Source: Alphaproteobacteria bacterium | GTDB taxonomy: Bacteria; Pseudomonadota; Alphaproteobacteria; CAAHEQ01; UBA3637 | Direction of reading: 5' to 3' | DNA: 64,000 bases | NCBI GenBank assembly: GCA_017453485.1 | Contig: JAFTEW010000056.1 | Coordinates: 5,141 to 69,140 of the forward strand | In this document: in pieces, positions 35,774 through 44,378 of the stretch | Layout of the letters: every line of letters starts with the position of its first letter | How positions within the stretch are numbered: position 1 is the stretch's first letter | Translations under genes and position numbers: made by a program | The notes under the pieces: generated by a model | Database searches by the model: none | Seen by the model: the letters and a program-made list of their open reading frames with translations, nothing else | Told to the model about the DNA's origin: nothing

Positions 35774-36666
35774 TGTTCAACAGCCTGCCGTTCCTTTGCC
35801 ATTTTTATCAAATGTTCCAGTAGAGATTCATCAAATGATTGATTGGTCTTCGAACCGCTAAATAAGGAAGATTGGGCCTTTAATCGAACTTCATGCGGCA
35901 CACTCTCTATACCGGATAAAACCATCCAATCCCCGCGTTTTAAGGGTAAATCAAAAATATCCATCCCCCAGGCCTTAGCCGATAACGGCAACTCAAAAAT
36001 GGACGGGTTACCGGTTGGCATATCATGTGCAGAACCGCGATACAAATTTTCTCCGGCAGCGTTTAAAAACACATGCGTATCAGCATTGCTTTCGCGATAC
36101 ACTTCATAGGCAAAAGCCGCAGCAGGCGGCACACCTGTCTCCTCAGCACAAACAACCCGCAAAAATGATTCATCCGCCCCAAAAGCTCCCATCCGTTCAT
36201 CCGTGCAAGCCTCCTTTACCCGCCCCAAGGCGAACAAAGCCGCCGTTTGCATTTGGACTAGATCGTTATTTTTATCTTTATCCGGAATATGATCAATCAG
36301 TGTTAAGACATCCTCAAACAATCCTTGCGCCATCAATGTTTGCAAACGCGTTTTTAAGAATACCCCATCATCCGCCGCCAATTCCGACAAACCACCGACA
36401 TCTGTTAGTAAAATTTGCCGTAATATTTCCCTTTCCGAATCATTAAAAGGAATATCGGCAGCCTGTCGAATTTGTTGAATCACTTTATCGGCAACCGGCT
36501 TATCCCCCCAAATACGGGCATCAAACACCGTATCAATACCAATACTGCCGGGTGTCAATGCCGGTAAGGGCTCAGTCACAACCTCTGCCCGAGCGACCCC
36601 TCCCAGAAAAAAAGCCAATGCCAACCCGATAAACTTATTGAGCACCATAGACAACCGTTTTTTCAA
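35746..36666 (-). CDS. Secreted hypothetical protein (306 aa). Start possibly at MVLNKF (36648).
   Basis: Signal peptide FIGLALAFFLGGVARA. No recognised domain. Confidence 0.5.
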   Translation of the reverse strand: MKKRLSMVLNKFIGLALAFFLGGVARAEVVTEPLPALTPGSIGIDTVFDARIWGDKPVADKVIQQIRQAADIPFNDSEREILRQILLTDVGGLSELAADDGVFLKTRLQTLMAQGLFEDVLTLIDHIPDKDKNNDLVQMQTAALFALGRVKEACTDERMGAFGADESFLRVVCAEETGVPPAAAFAYEVYRESNADTHVFLNAAGENLYRGSAHDMPTGNPSIFELPLSAKAWGMDIFDLPLKRGDWMVLSGIESVPHEVRLKAQSSLFSGSKTNQSFDESLLEHLIKMAKERQAVEQWLPPAEKI

Positions 36667-36778
36667 TTGTTTCCGACCGAGGTGTCCAATCCATCACCGC
36701 CACCAATACCAGAAAAAGAGCAATCAAACCAGCCCCTATTTTCAGGATAAAAGACATTTTTCCTTTATTTTGTCCCAT
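36644..36778 (-). CDS. Small (44 aa) single-TM membrane peptide
   Basis: ATG with a perfect AAGGAGG RBS 5 nt upstream. MGQNKGKMSFILKIGAGLIALFLVLVAVMDWTPRSETIEKTVVYGAQ. Its stop overlaps the start of the next gene. Confidence 0.35.
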
Positions 36779-36788
36779 GTTTGCCTCC

Positions 36789-36817
36789 TTGACTCAAAAC
36801 AAAAATAATGCTATGAT
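36789..36817 (+). promoter_or_regulatory. Candidate promoter for aroK (TTGACT-N17-TATGAT)
   Basis: Read directly from the DNA. About 45 nt upstream of the aroK ATG. Confidence 0.45.
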
Positions 36818-36862
36818 AACGACAAACTATTCTTTTTTATTTATCTTGTCAAGAAAGAACTG

Positions 36863-37429
36863 ATGACACAACGATTATTAAAACCTAAAATTATCTTACT
36901 GGTCGGCATGATGGGAGTCGGCAAGACAAGCCTGGGTCGCATTATTGCCCGCCGACTGGAACTGCCTTTTTTGGATAGTGATAAAGAAATTGAAACCATG
37001 ACGGGTTTTACGATTTCGGATTTATTTGCCCGATACGGCGAACGGGAATTTCGTAGCGGTGAAGAGCGGGTAATGGCTCGCTTATTGAATGGTAAGCCTT
37101 GTGTTTTATCTTCCGGTGGTGGAGCGTTCTTGTCCGAAAAAACCCGAAAATTAGCGTCCGAAAAAGCTGTATCTATCTGGATAAAGGCCGATTCCGACAT
37201 TATATCCGGCCGAACGGAGGGCCGCACACACCGCCCGCTGGTCCCGGCGGCAGATAATAAAAAGATTATTGAACGCCTGGTACAGGAATGTTATCCGATT
37301 TATGCAACCGCCGACATAACTATTCCTTCCTATGATGAGCATCCATCCAAAACAGCCATCCGGTTATTGAAAGCATTGGAGGACTGCCAAATTATTTCAC
37401 CCTATCAAGGAACAAGGAAGAAAAAATGA
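36863..37429 (+). CDS. aroK: Shikimate kinase
   Basis: P-loop GMMGVGKTS. FLDSD motif. About 190 aa. Confidence 0.85.
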   Translation: MTQRLLKPKIILLVGMMGVGKTSLGRIIARRLELPFLDSDKEIETMTGFTISDLFARYGEREFRSGEERVMARLLNGKPCVLSSGGGAFLSEKTRKLASEKAVSIWIKADSDIISGRTEGRTHRPLVPAADNKKIIERLVQECYPIYATADITIPSYDEHPSKTAIRLLKALEDCQIISPYQGTRKKK

Positions 37430-38679
37430 CCCCTTATTTGATTTTACTTTTTCTGTTGATTTGCTCTTTCTTCTTTTCCGGAACGGAAACGGCAGTGACA
37501 GCCGTATCTTTGCCCCTATTACATGACCAGGAAAGACAGGGAAACGAGCGGGCCACCCTTTTGAACCGAATGAAAGCAAACAGCGATCGATTACTGGGAA
37601 CCCTTTTGTTTGGGAACAATATCGTTAATATCGCTACAACGGCCTTATCCACCAGCCTGATGATTTCTTTTTTTGGCGAGTATTGGGGGGTCGTTTTATC
37701 AACTTTTGTGGTCAGCGTTATCGTCCTTATTTTTTCGGAAATTTTACCCAAGACTTATGCCTTATCCATCCCCTATACTTTTTCCATGAAGGTGACTCCG
37801 ATACTGCATATTTGTTTTATTCTGTTTCATCCGTTTGTAATTGCTTTGAACTGGATTTCAAAACAGGCTCTGCGTTTCCTGCCCCGTGCCAACCAAACTA
37901 TTGATGCCGAGGAAAAATTAAAAGCCGAAATTCGCGGCACCCTGGATTTGGACACCGGAACAGCACTGGCCCAAGAACAAAGTATGTTGAAAAGCGTGTT
38001 AGATTTGGATGACGTCACCGTTGAAGATATCATGCAACATCGCAGTCATATAGTTTCTTTGAGTGTTGCCACACCACCGGCCGAAATTTTTGACTTTATC
38101 AGCCGCACCCCTTATAGCCGTATTCCCTTATTTAAAGGACGTCGAGATAACATTGTCGGCATCCTGCATGTCAAGGCCGTTTTGAAAATGATGACCCAAT
38201 CCGATTCCCAAAAAATCAATGTGTTGGACTACTGTGTAAAGCCCTGGTTTGTCTTAAACACAACATCACTGATGGACCAATTGCATTCTTTCAAAAAACG
38301 ACACGAACATTTTGCCTTAGTCGTAGATGAATATGGCGATCTGCAAGGTCTTGTCACATTGGAAGACGTCTTGGAAGAAATTGTCGGCGATATCTCCGAT
38401 GAGAACGACAATCCCGAACAATCCACTTTGCAACCGGTAAAAACAGAATCCGGTGCCTGGCAGATTGACGGGCAAACGACCATTCGAGATTTAAATCGCC
38501 ATTTCCATTGGGATTTACCGGATGACAATGCCGCCACAATTGCAGGATTGGTTTTATTCCTGGCAGAGCGCATTCCGAACAAGGGACAATCTTTTATGCT
38601 GAACGGGTTCACATTTTCCGTCGCAGAAAAGACAGGCCACCGCCTAACGACCATTGATATTTTGCCGCCGGCCAATTAG
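37426..38679 (+). CDS. CNNM/CorC-HlyC family transporter (DUF21 membrane domain, CBS pair, CorC_HlyC C-domain; TlyC-like)
   Basis: DUF21-type N-terminal helices. CBS region. C-terminal transporter-associated domain. ATGA overlap with aroK. Confidence 0.8.
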   Translation: MTPYLILLFLLICSFFFSGTETAVTAVSLPLLHDQERQGNERATLLNRMKANSDRLLGTLLFGNNIVNIATTALSTSLMISFFGEYWGVVLSTFVVSVIVLIFSEILPKTYALSIPYTFSMKVTPILHICFILFHPFVIALNWISKQALRFLPRANQTIDAEEKLKAEIRGTLDLDTGTALAQEQSMLKSVLDLDDVTVEDIMQHRSHIVSLSVATPPAEIFDFISRTPYSRIPLFKGRRDNIVGILHVKAVLKMMTQSDSQKINVLDYCVKPWFVLNTTSLMDQLHSFKKRHEHFALVVDEYGDLQGLVTLEDVLEEIVGDISDENDNPEQSTLQPVKTESGAWQIDGQTTIRDLNRHFHWDLPDDNAATIAGLVLFLAERIPNKGQSFMLNGFTFSVAEKTGHRLTTIDILPPAN

Positions 38680-38701
38680 ATTTTTAATGAAAGGGAAAAA
38701 G

Positions 38702-39901
38702 ATGCAAACACAACAACAAATTACTTCCGATTTATACTATGTCGGTGCCAGCGAAGGACGTCATCCTCTATTTGAAAACATTTATCCGGTTGCAAACGGA
38801 ATGTCTTATAATTCCTATCTTTTGCTGGATGAAAAAACGGTTTTAATGGACACTTGCGATGAAGCGGTTCGGGATATATTTTTAACAAAAGTTCGGACCG
38901 TTTTAAATGAGCGGCAACTGGACTATATCTTTGTGCACCATATGGAACCGGACCATGCGGCTTTGTTGGATGAGGTCATGACACTTTACCCGACAGCACA
39001 ACTTGTTTGTTCATCCAAAACGGTGACGCTGATCAATCAATTTTTCAATCGGGATGTCTCGGCGCGAGCAATTATTGTTAAAGATGGTGATACATTATCT
39101 ACCGGTCGTCATACTTTTTCTTTCTATACCGCACCGATGGTCCACTGGCCCGAAGTTATTGTGTCCTATGATCAGACGGATTGTATCTTATTTTCTGCTG
39201 ATGCGTTTGGCACTTTTGGAGAATTAGACGGTTCCCTATTTGCGGATGATATTGACTTATCAACTTTTTTACCCGAAGCCCGCCGTTATTACGCAAATAT
39301 CGTTGGCAAATACGGTAATCAAGTTCAGGCCTTATTAAAAAAAGCAGCCACCCTGAATATTCAACAAATTTGTCCGCTGCATGGCCCAATTTGGCGAAAA
39401 AACCTGGGCTGGTTTATTGAAAAATATCAACGGTGGAGTACTTATACGCCCGAAGCCGATGCCGTTTTAATCATCTATGGTTCCATCTATGGACACACGG
39501 AACAGGCTGCCCGTATTTTGGCGACCAAGTTGTCTGAACGGGGAATATCGAACATCGCCTTATATGATGTTTCCAAAACACATCCGTCCGTTTTGGTGGC
39601 TGAGGCCTTTCGGTGTGCTGCCATCGTGATTGCCTCGGCAACCTATAACAACGGCATTTTTCCGCCGGTGGAAACGGTTGTTTTGGACTGGAAGGCTCAT
39701 GCTCTTCAAAACCGGAAATTTTATTTGATACAAAACGGTTCATGGGCACCGGCCAGCGGCAAACTGCTGACGGCAATGCTTTCCGACATGAAGGGTTGTT
39801 CGACAGATGAAAACATTCTGACACTGACATCGGCTCTGAAACCGGGACAGGAATCTGATTTAAACGCTTTGGCTGACCGAATTCAACAGGGGCTAGCCTG
39901 A
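38702..39901 (+). CDS. Flavodiiron protein (metallo-beta-lactamase fold + flavodoxin; NO/O2 reductase type)
   Basis: HxHxDH-type motif VHHMEPDH. C-terminal flavodoxin-like region IIYGSIYGHTEQAA. Start reassigned to MQTQQQ. Confidence 0.8.
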   Translation: MQTQQQITSDLYYVGASEGRHPLFENIYPVANGMSYNSYLLLDEKTVLMDTCDEAVRDIFLTKVRTVLNERQLDYIFVHHMEPDHAALLDEVMTLYPTAQLVCSSKTVTLINQFFNRDVSARAIIVKDGDTLSTGRHTFSFYTAPMVHWPEVIVSYDQTDCILFSADAFGTFGELDGSLFADDIDLSTFLPEARRYYANIVGKYGNQVQALLKKAATLNIQQICPLHGPIWRKNLGWFIEKYQRWSTYTPEADAVLIIYGSIYGHTEQAARILATKLSERGISNIALYDVSKTHPSVLVAEAFRCAAIVIASATYNNGIFPPVETVVLDWKAHALQNRKFYLIQNGSWAPASGKLLTAMLSDMKGCSTDENILTLTSALKPGQESDLNALADRIQQGLA

Positions 39902-39902
39902 T

Positions 39903-40211
39903 ATGTATATGACCCGTGTCCAAAATAAATTGACTTTGGCCATTCGGGTTTTACCCAATGCCCGCCGATCGGGTGTGGAAGGTTTGTGGAACGGATCTCA
40001 TTTAAAAATAGCCCTATCGGCTCCACCGGTTGACGGTAAAGCCAATGAAGCCCTCATTAACTTTCTATCGGACTTTTTTGATTTACGCAAAAGTGCCATC
40101 ACACTATTAACCGGCCAAACGGGACGGATAAAAACAATATCCCTGTTGTTTTCTACCTCGGAACTGGCGGAATCCGCCGGCCAAAAATTAGAGCAAATCT
40201 GTGGTCGTTAA
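39903..40211 (+). CDS. DUF167 (YggU-like) protein
   Basis: LAIRVLPNARRSGVEGLWNGSHLKIALSAPPVDGKANEALINFLS matches the YggU family pattern. Confidence 0.7.
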   Translation: MYMTRVQNKLTLAIRVLPNARRSGVEGLWNGSHLKIALSAPPVDGKANEALINFLSDFFDLRKSAITLLTGQTGRIKTISLLFSTSELAESAGQKLEQICGR

Positions 40212-40976
40212 GCCGACCGGCACATGATCCGAAGTTCCTTTTATACCCCGAACGGATTTATAAATATCGGCCCTGACAATATGCCGGGCCAATGCCGGCG
40301 TCACCCATAAAGCATCCAATAAGATACCATTATTTTTGGGCCAAGCTCCCCCTTGAAAATCCCAAAAAGAATAACTGTTTTCGGCGGCATTATATTGACG
40401 AATAACATTGATCAGGCCTTTCGTCAAATCGGCATAGGCCTGCCGCACTGGCGGAATCATCAAGGCACTTTCCCGAAATAAATCCGGTTGATACACATCA
40501 GAATCCCGTTCTATCACATTAAAATCGCCGCCCAACACCACTTCTTTTCCCGAACAAATCAAGTTTTGAATATGATCGCCCAATGCAGCCATCCACCGCA
40601 ATTTATAAGTCAACCGTTCCATATCCGTCGGATTTTTGTCGGGCGGATTCCCATTAGGAACATAGACACAAATTAAAACAACACCCGATTTTGTTTCTGC
40701 CTGAATGAACCGGGCTTGGTCCGCAAAGCCGGCTAATTCCAAACGAACAAATTGCAGGGGCCAACGACTTAATATCGCCACACCGTTATAACTTTTTTGA
40801 CCGGAAATGACGGACGTATAACCGGCCATTTGAAGATCAAAAAAAGGAAAGTTTTCTTCTGTTGCTTTAATTTCTTGCAAAAGCATATAATCCGGCTTTT
40901 CCCGACTCAGAAAATCAACCAAAACCGGTAGCCTTGCCCGAACCGATGCCACATTCCACGAAATTATTTTTTGCAT
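40188..40976 (-). CDS. xth: Exodeoxyribonuclease III
   Basis: MQKIISWNVASVRARL...LLQEIK... Endonuclease/exonuclease/phosphatase family. About 260 aa. Confidence 0.9.
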   Translation of the reverse strand: MQKIISWNVASVRARLPVLVDFLSREKPDYMLLQEIKATEENFPFFDLQMAGYTSVISGQKSYNGVAILSRWPLQFVRLELAGFADQARFIQAETKSGVVLICVYVPNGNPPDKNPTDMERLTYKLRWMAALGDHIQNLICSGKEVVLGGDFNVIERDSDVYQPDLFRESALMIPPVRQAYADLTKGLINVIRQYNAAENSYSFWDFQGGAWPKNNGILLDALWVTPALARHIVRADIYKSVRGIKGTSDHVPVGLTTTDLL

Positions 40977-41006
40977 TTTTAAAAATCCTGTGCTATATCA
41001 ACAACT

Positions 41007-41645
41007 ATGAAGTTTTATATTGCCGCTTTACTATGCCTGATTTTTGCACAAAATGCAAACGCTTTCTGCCGGTCAATTACACCCTGGACAATTGTGGATA
41101 CCAAAACGGGAACGGTCCGTTATATTACCCATCTGTCTCGGGATGATTTTTTAAGAAACGCTCCCCAAAGGATGTCCCCCAATACGTTGGGGATGACGGT
41201 TGCCAAACTCGGGGTCAATGGCACAGCACAACCATCGGTGCAACAGGACGGTCGCTCAGCCTGTGTTCAGATTAAAGAATTACGACTGACCATCGGTTAT
41301 GATACCTTAGATGTCTACATTGACAAGAAGTATAAACCCGGCTCTTGCGAGTATGAGGTTGTAAAAGAACATGAAAATTATCATGTTCGCGTATCTCAGG
41401 AAGCCATGATGTTTTTCCGTCCCGATATTGAAAAAGCCCTCCAAACGGCTTTATCCCATATTCATCCGGAAACGGTTTACAGTCAAAATGACGCCCAAAA
41501 AACCTTTGAGCGTCAATTTAATCAGGTTATGCGTGAAATTCAGCCGTTGATTGATCATATTAATCGCAAGATTGCCGAAAAGAATTATATTATTGATACG
41601 CCCGAATCTTATGCGGCCACAACGGCTTTATGCCGAAATTGGTAA
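41007..41645 (+). CDS. Secreted hypothetical protein (possible DUF922-like metallopeptidase fold)
   Basis: Signal peptide. HENYHV motif. Confidence 0.4.
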   Translation: MKFYIAALLCLIFAQNANAFCRSITPWTIVDTKTGTVRYITHLSRDDFLRNAPQRMSPNTLGMTVAKLGVNGTAQPSVQQDGRSACVQIKELRLTIGYDTLDVYIDKKYKPGSCEYEVVKEHENYHVRVSQEAMMFFRPDIEKALQTALSHIHPETVYSQNDAQKTFERQFNQVMREIQPLIDHINRKIAEKNYIIDTPESYAATTALCRNW

Positions 41646-42167
41646 TTACATTTTGAAATATCTGCCCAGTTCCATAGCACCATAAATAACCAAATACGCT
41701 CCCAACAGGAATGTAATGGTAAAAATGCCGAATACCGGATACAGAAATAACAGAATACCGAATATAATCCCAACCAATCCGGTCAACAAAGTCATCATCC
41801 CCCAAGATGATTGTTGTGTCCGTAATTGCAGGCCGCCAATAAATTGCGTTACCCCGACGAACAGACACCAAAATCCCAGGATAATCGGCATACTGATGGC
41901 CGTAACGCCCAGGTTTGTCAACAGGACCAATCCGATTAAGATATCCAAGATACCGATGACCGGATACATATAGGAACGTGACTGTCTATATTCCAATAAA
42001 TAACCGCAACCCATTACCATAAATCCGATTCCGACAATCATGGCCGAGGCCATCAAAGCGGTATCCGGATTAAACAGAATATAGATTCCGGCAATAATGG
42101 AAATCAGGCTGACAATCAACAGCCAGATACTTTTCGTTGTTTTGATATTTTTTTCTTGTTGCATCAT
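41646..42167 (-). CDS. HdeD/DUF308-family membrane protein
   Basis: Repeated GIxxIxxG helices (ILGFWCLFVGVTQFIGGLQL..., LLTGLVGIIFGILLFLYPVFG). Start chosen at MMQQEK. Confidence 0.55.
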   Translation of the reverse strand: MMQQEKNIKTTKSIWLLIVSLISIIAGIYILFNPDTALMASAMIVGIGFMVMGCGYLLEYRQSRSYMYPVIGILDILIGLVLLTNLGVTAISMPIILGFWCLFVGVTQFIGGLQLRTQQSSWGMMTLLTGLVGIIFGILLFLYPVFGIFTITFLLGAYLVIYGAMELGRYFKM

Positions 42168-42306
42168 TATATCCTCCCGCAAACAATATGGATTTTCTCT
42201 TTCCGGGAAGCAAGCCCGTTCTTTTGTCTTACCGGTCAATACAATATGTATTTATCTTAACATTTCTAATAGATTTCAACGAAATATCGCGCGTTTTCAA
42301 AAACTG

Positions 42307-42335
42307 CTTGACAAGGATTTTTAACTGGTGTATAA
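42307..42335 (+). promoter_or_regulatory. Consensus sigma70 promoter (TTGACA-N17-TATAAT) for tRNA-Gly–tuf
   Basis: Exact consensus hexamers with a 17-nt spacer. A short hairpin (CTTTCTT ccg AAGAAAG) lies in the leader. Confidence 0.65.
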
Positions 42336-42369
42336 TCCAGGAACTTTCTTTCCGAAGAAAGGCCTTCCA

Positions 42370-42443
<74 letters not shown>

Positions 42444-42567
42444 AAAATTTGGGGCTTCCAATTTCCCTTTGGGGCTTCATAGGATGAGAAAACATCCGAA
42501 AAAAACAATAGAACCGAAGTCATTGCGACTTCATTTTACTAACTGATCAGTTAATGAAAGAAAAAAA

Positions 42568-43758
42568 ATGAGTAAAGAAAAATTTAACAGAAGTAAACCG
42601 CACTGCAATATCGGTACAATCGGTCACGTTGACCATGGTAAAACGACATTGACAGCTGCCATTACAAAAGTTTTGTCCGAAAAAGGTGGCGCTGCCTTTG
42701 TTGACTATGCCAACATTGATAAAGCTCCGGAAGAACGGGCTCGTGGTATTACGATTAACACATCTCACGTGGAATACGAAACAGACAAACGGCACTATGC
42801 GCACGTTGACTGCCCGGGCCACGCCGACTATGTGAAAAACATGATTACCGGTGCCGCTCAGAAGGATGGTGCTATCTTGGTCGTTTCCGCTGCTGACGGT
42901 CCGATGCCGCAAACACGTGAACACATTTTGTTGGCTCGTCAGGTCGGTGTTCCTGCCATTGTTGTTTACTTGAACAAAATGGATATGGTGGATGATCCGG
43001 AATTGTTGGACTTAGTTGAAATGGAAGTTCGCGAATTACTGTCTTCCTACCAATTCCCGGGTGATGAAATCCCCATCATTAAGGGTTCTGCCAAGGTTGC
43101 TTTGGAAGGTGGCGATCCGAAGATGGGCCATGATTCCATTATTGCTTTGATGGATGCTGTTGATTCCTACATTCCGCAACCGGAACGTCCCAAGGATGCT
43201 CCGTTCTTGATGCCGATTGAAGACGTGTTCTCCATTTCCGGCCGTGGTACAGTGGTTACCGGTCGTGTGGAACGCGGTGTCTTAAAGGTTGGTGACGAAA
43301 TCGAAATCGTCGGTTTGCGTCCGACACAAAAGACGGTTTGCACGGGTATTGAAATGTTCCGTAAATTGTTGGATCAAGGTGAAGCCGGGGATAACATCGG
43401 TGTGTTGCTCCGCGGAACAAAACGTGAAGAAGTCGAACGTGGTCAGGTTTTGGCTGCTCCGGGCACCATTACACCGCACACGAAGTTCGAATCCGAAGTT
43501 TATGTGCTCAGCAAAGAAGAAGGCGGACGTCATACACCGTTCTTTGCCAACTATCGTCCTCAATTCTACTTCCGGACAACAGACGTGACCGGAACAATCG
43601 AATTGCCGGCCGGTGTTGAAATGGTTATGCCGGGCGATAACGTGAAACTGACCGTTTCATTGATTGTGCCGGTGGCCATGGCCGAAGGTTTACGCTTCGC
43701 TATTCGTGAAGGCGGTCATACCGTCGGTGCCGGTGTTGTTTCCAAGATTATTGAATAA
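42568..43758 (+). CDS. tuf: Elongation factor Tu
   Basis: [25 protein letters not shown]-type motifs. 396 aa. Confidence 0.97.
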   Translation: MSKEKFNRSKPHCNIGTIGHVDHGKTTLTAAITKVLSEKGGAAFVDYANIDKAPEERARGITINTSHVEYETDKRHYAHVDCPGHADYVKNMITGAAQKDGAILVVSAADGPMPQTREHILLARQVGVPAIVVYLNKMDMVDDPELLDLVEMEVRELLSSYQFPGDEIPIIKGSAKVALEGGDPKMGHDSIIALMDAVDSYIPQPERPKDAPFLMPIEDVFSISGRGTVVTGRVERGVLKVGDEIEIVGLRPTQKTVCTGIEMFRKLLDQGEAGDNIGVLLRGTKREEVERGQVLAAPGTITPHTKFESEVYVLSKEEGGRHTPFFANYRPQFYFRTTDVTGTIELPAGVEMVMPGDNVKLTVSLIVPVAMAEGLRFAIREGGHTVGAGVVSKIIE

Positions 43759-43780
43759 TTTGGAACACAAATTGGTTCGA

Positions 43781-43810
43781 AATCCCCCGTGCTTCGCGGG
43801 GGATTTTTGT
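43781..43810 (+). terminator. Intrinsic terminator after tuf
   Basis: AATCCCCCG ...CGGGGGATT hairpin followed by a T5 run. Confidence 0.65.
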
Positions 43811-43953
43811 TATGGATAACGTATTTAAAAAGGCGGGATCAGCAACACAAAACAGAGTTGTCGCCACTGCGTTCATCATCGATCATGCGACCATCAAGCA
43901 AGATCACTAGGAACGCTGGACAGAAATCATATATGCTTGTTGTCAAATAATTC

Positions 43954-43982
43954 TTGCATTTTGGATACACCTTGTGTATAAT
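43954..43982 (+). promoter_or_regulatory. sigma70 promoter for tRNA-Met (TTGCAT-N17-TATAAT)
   Basis: Read directly from the DNA. The -10 ends 11 nt before the tRNA 5' end. Confidence 0.6.
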
Positions 43983-43993
43983 GCTCCCCATGT

Positions 43994-44070
43994 GGGCCTG
44001 TAGCTCAGTTGGTTAGAGCTGTCCGCTCATAACGGATAGGTCGTGGGTTCAAGTCCTACCGGGCCCACCA
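43994..44070 (+). tRNA. tRNA-Met, elongator type (anticodon CAT). tRNA-Ile (lysidine) cannot be excluded.
   Basis: Cloverleaf with anticodon loop CTCATAA. G1–C72 pair, so not an initiator. Ends in CCA. Confidence 0.8.
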
Positions 44071-44078
44071 AGATTAAA

Positions 44079-44105
44079 AGCCACGCCTTTCGGGGTGGCT
44101 TTTTT
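44079..44105 (+). terminator. Intrinsic terminator after tRNA-Met
   Basis: AGCCACGCC tttc GGGGTGGCT followed by a T5 run. Confidence 0.6.
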
Positions 44106-44378
44106 CATATTTCGCAAGGCATTCGGCAGGTTCGATTATGAAGGGACAGAAAACTTCCGTCAATTCCGACATCAATTCATTCTGCGCTACCGCTTGAATT
44201 CATTGTGTCTCATTGCTTTGCGCATAAAAAATGTTCACTGGACATTTTTTATTTACGCAGTATCGAACTTTTGCATACTTTCCATTATAAAACAAGCACT
44301 TATCCACAGTTCAAGTCCTGTCAGGGCGTCAAATAAAATATTTTTAAATCCTAAACTTTTCCCGTTACATTATATTAA

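Noticed and set aside
36841-37227. 128-aa minus-strand ORF overlapping aroK
   Set aside because: It is antisense to a well-supported shikimate kinase gene with an upstream promoter. No independent signal.
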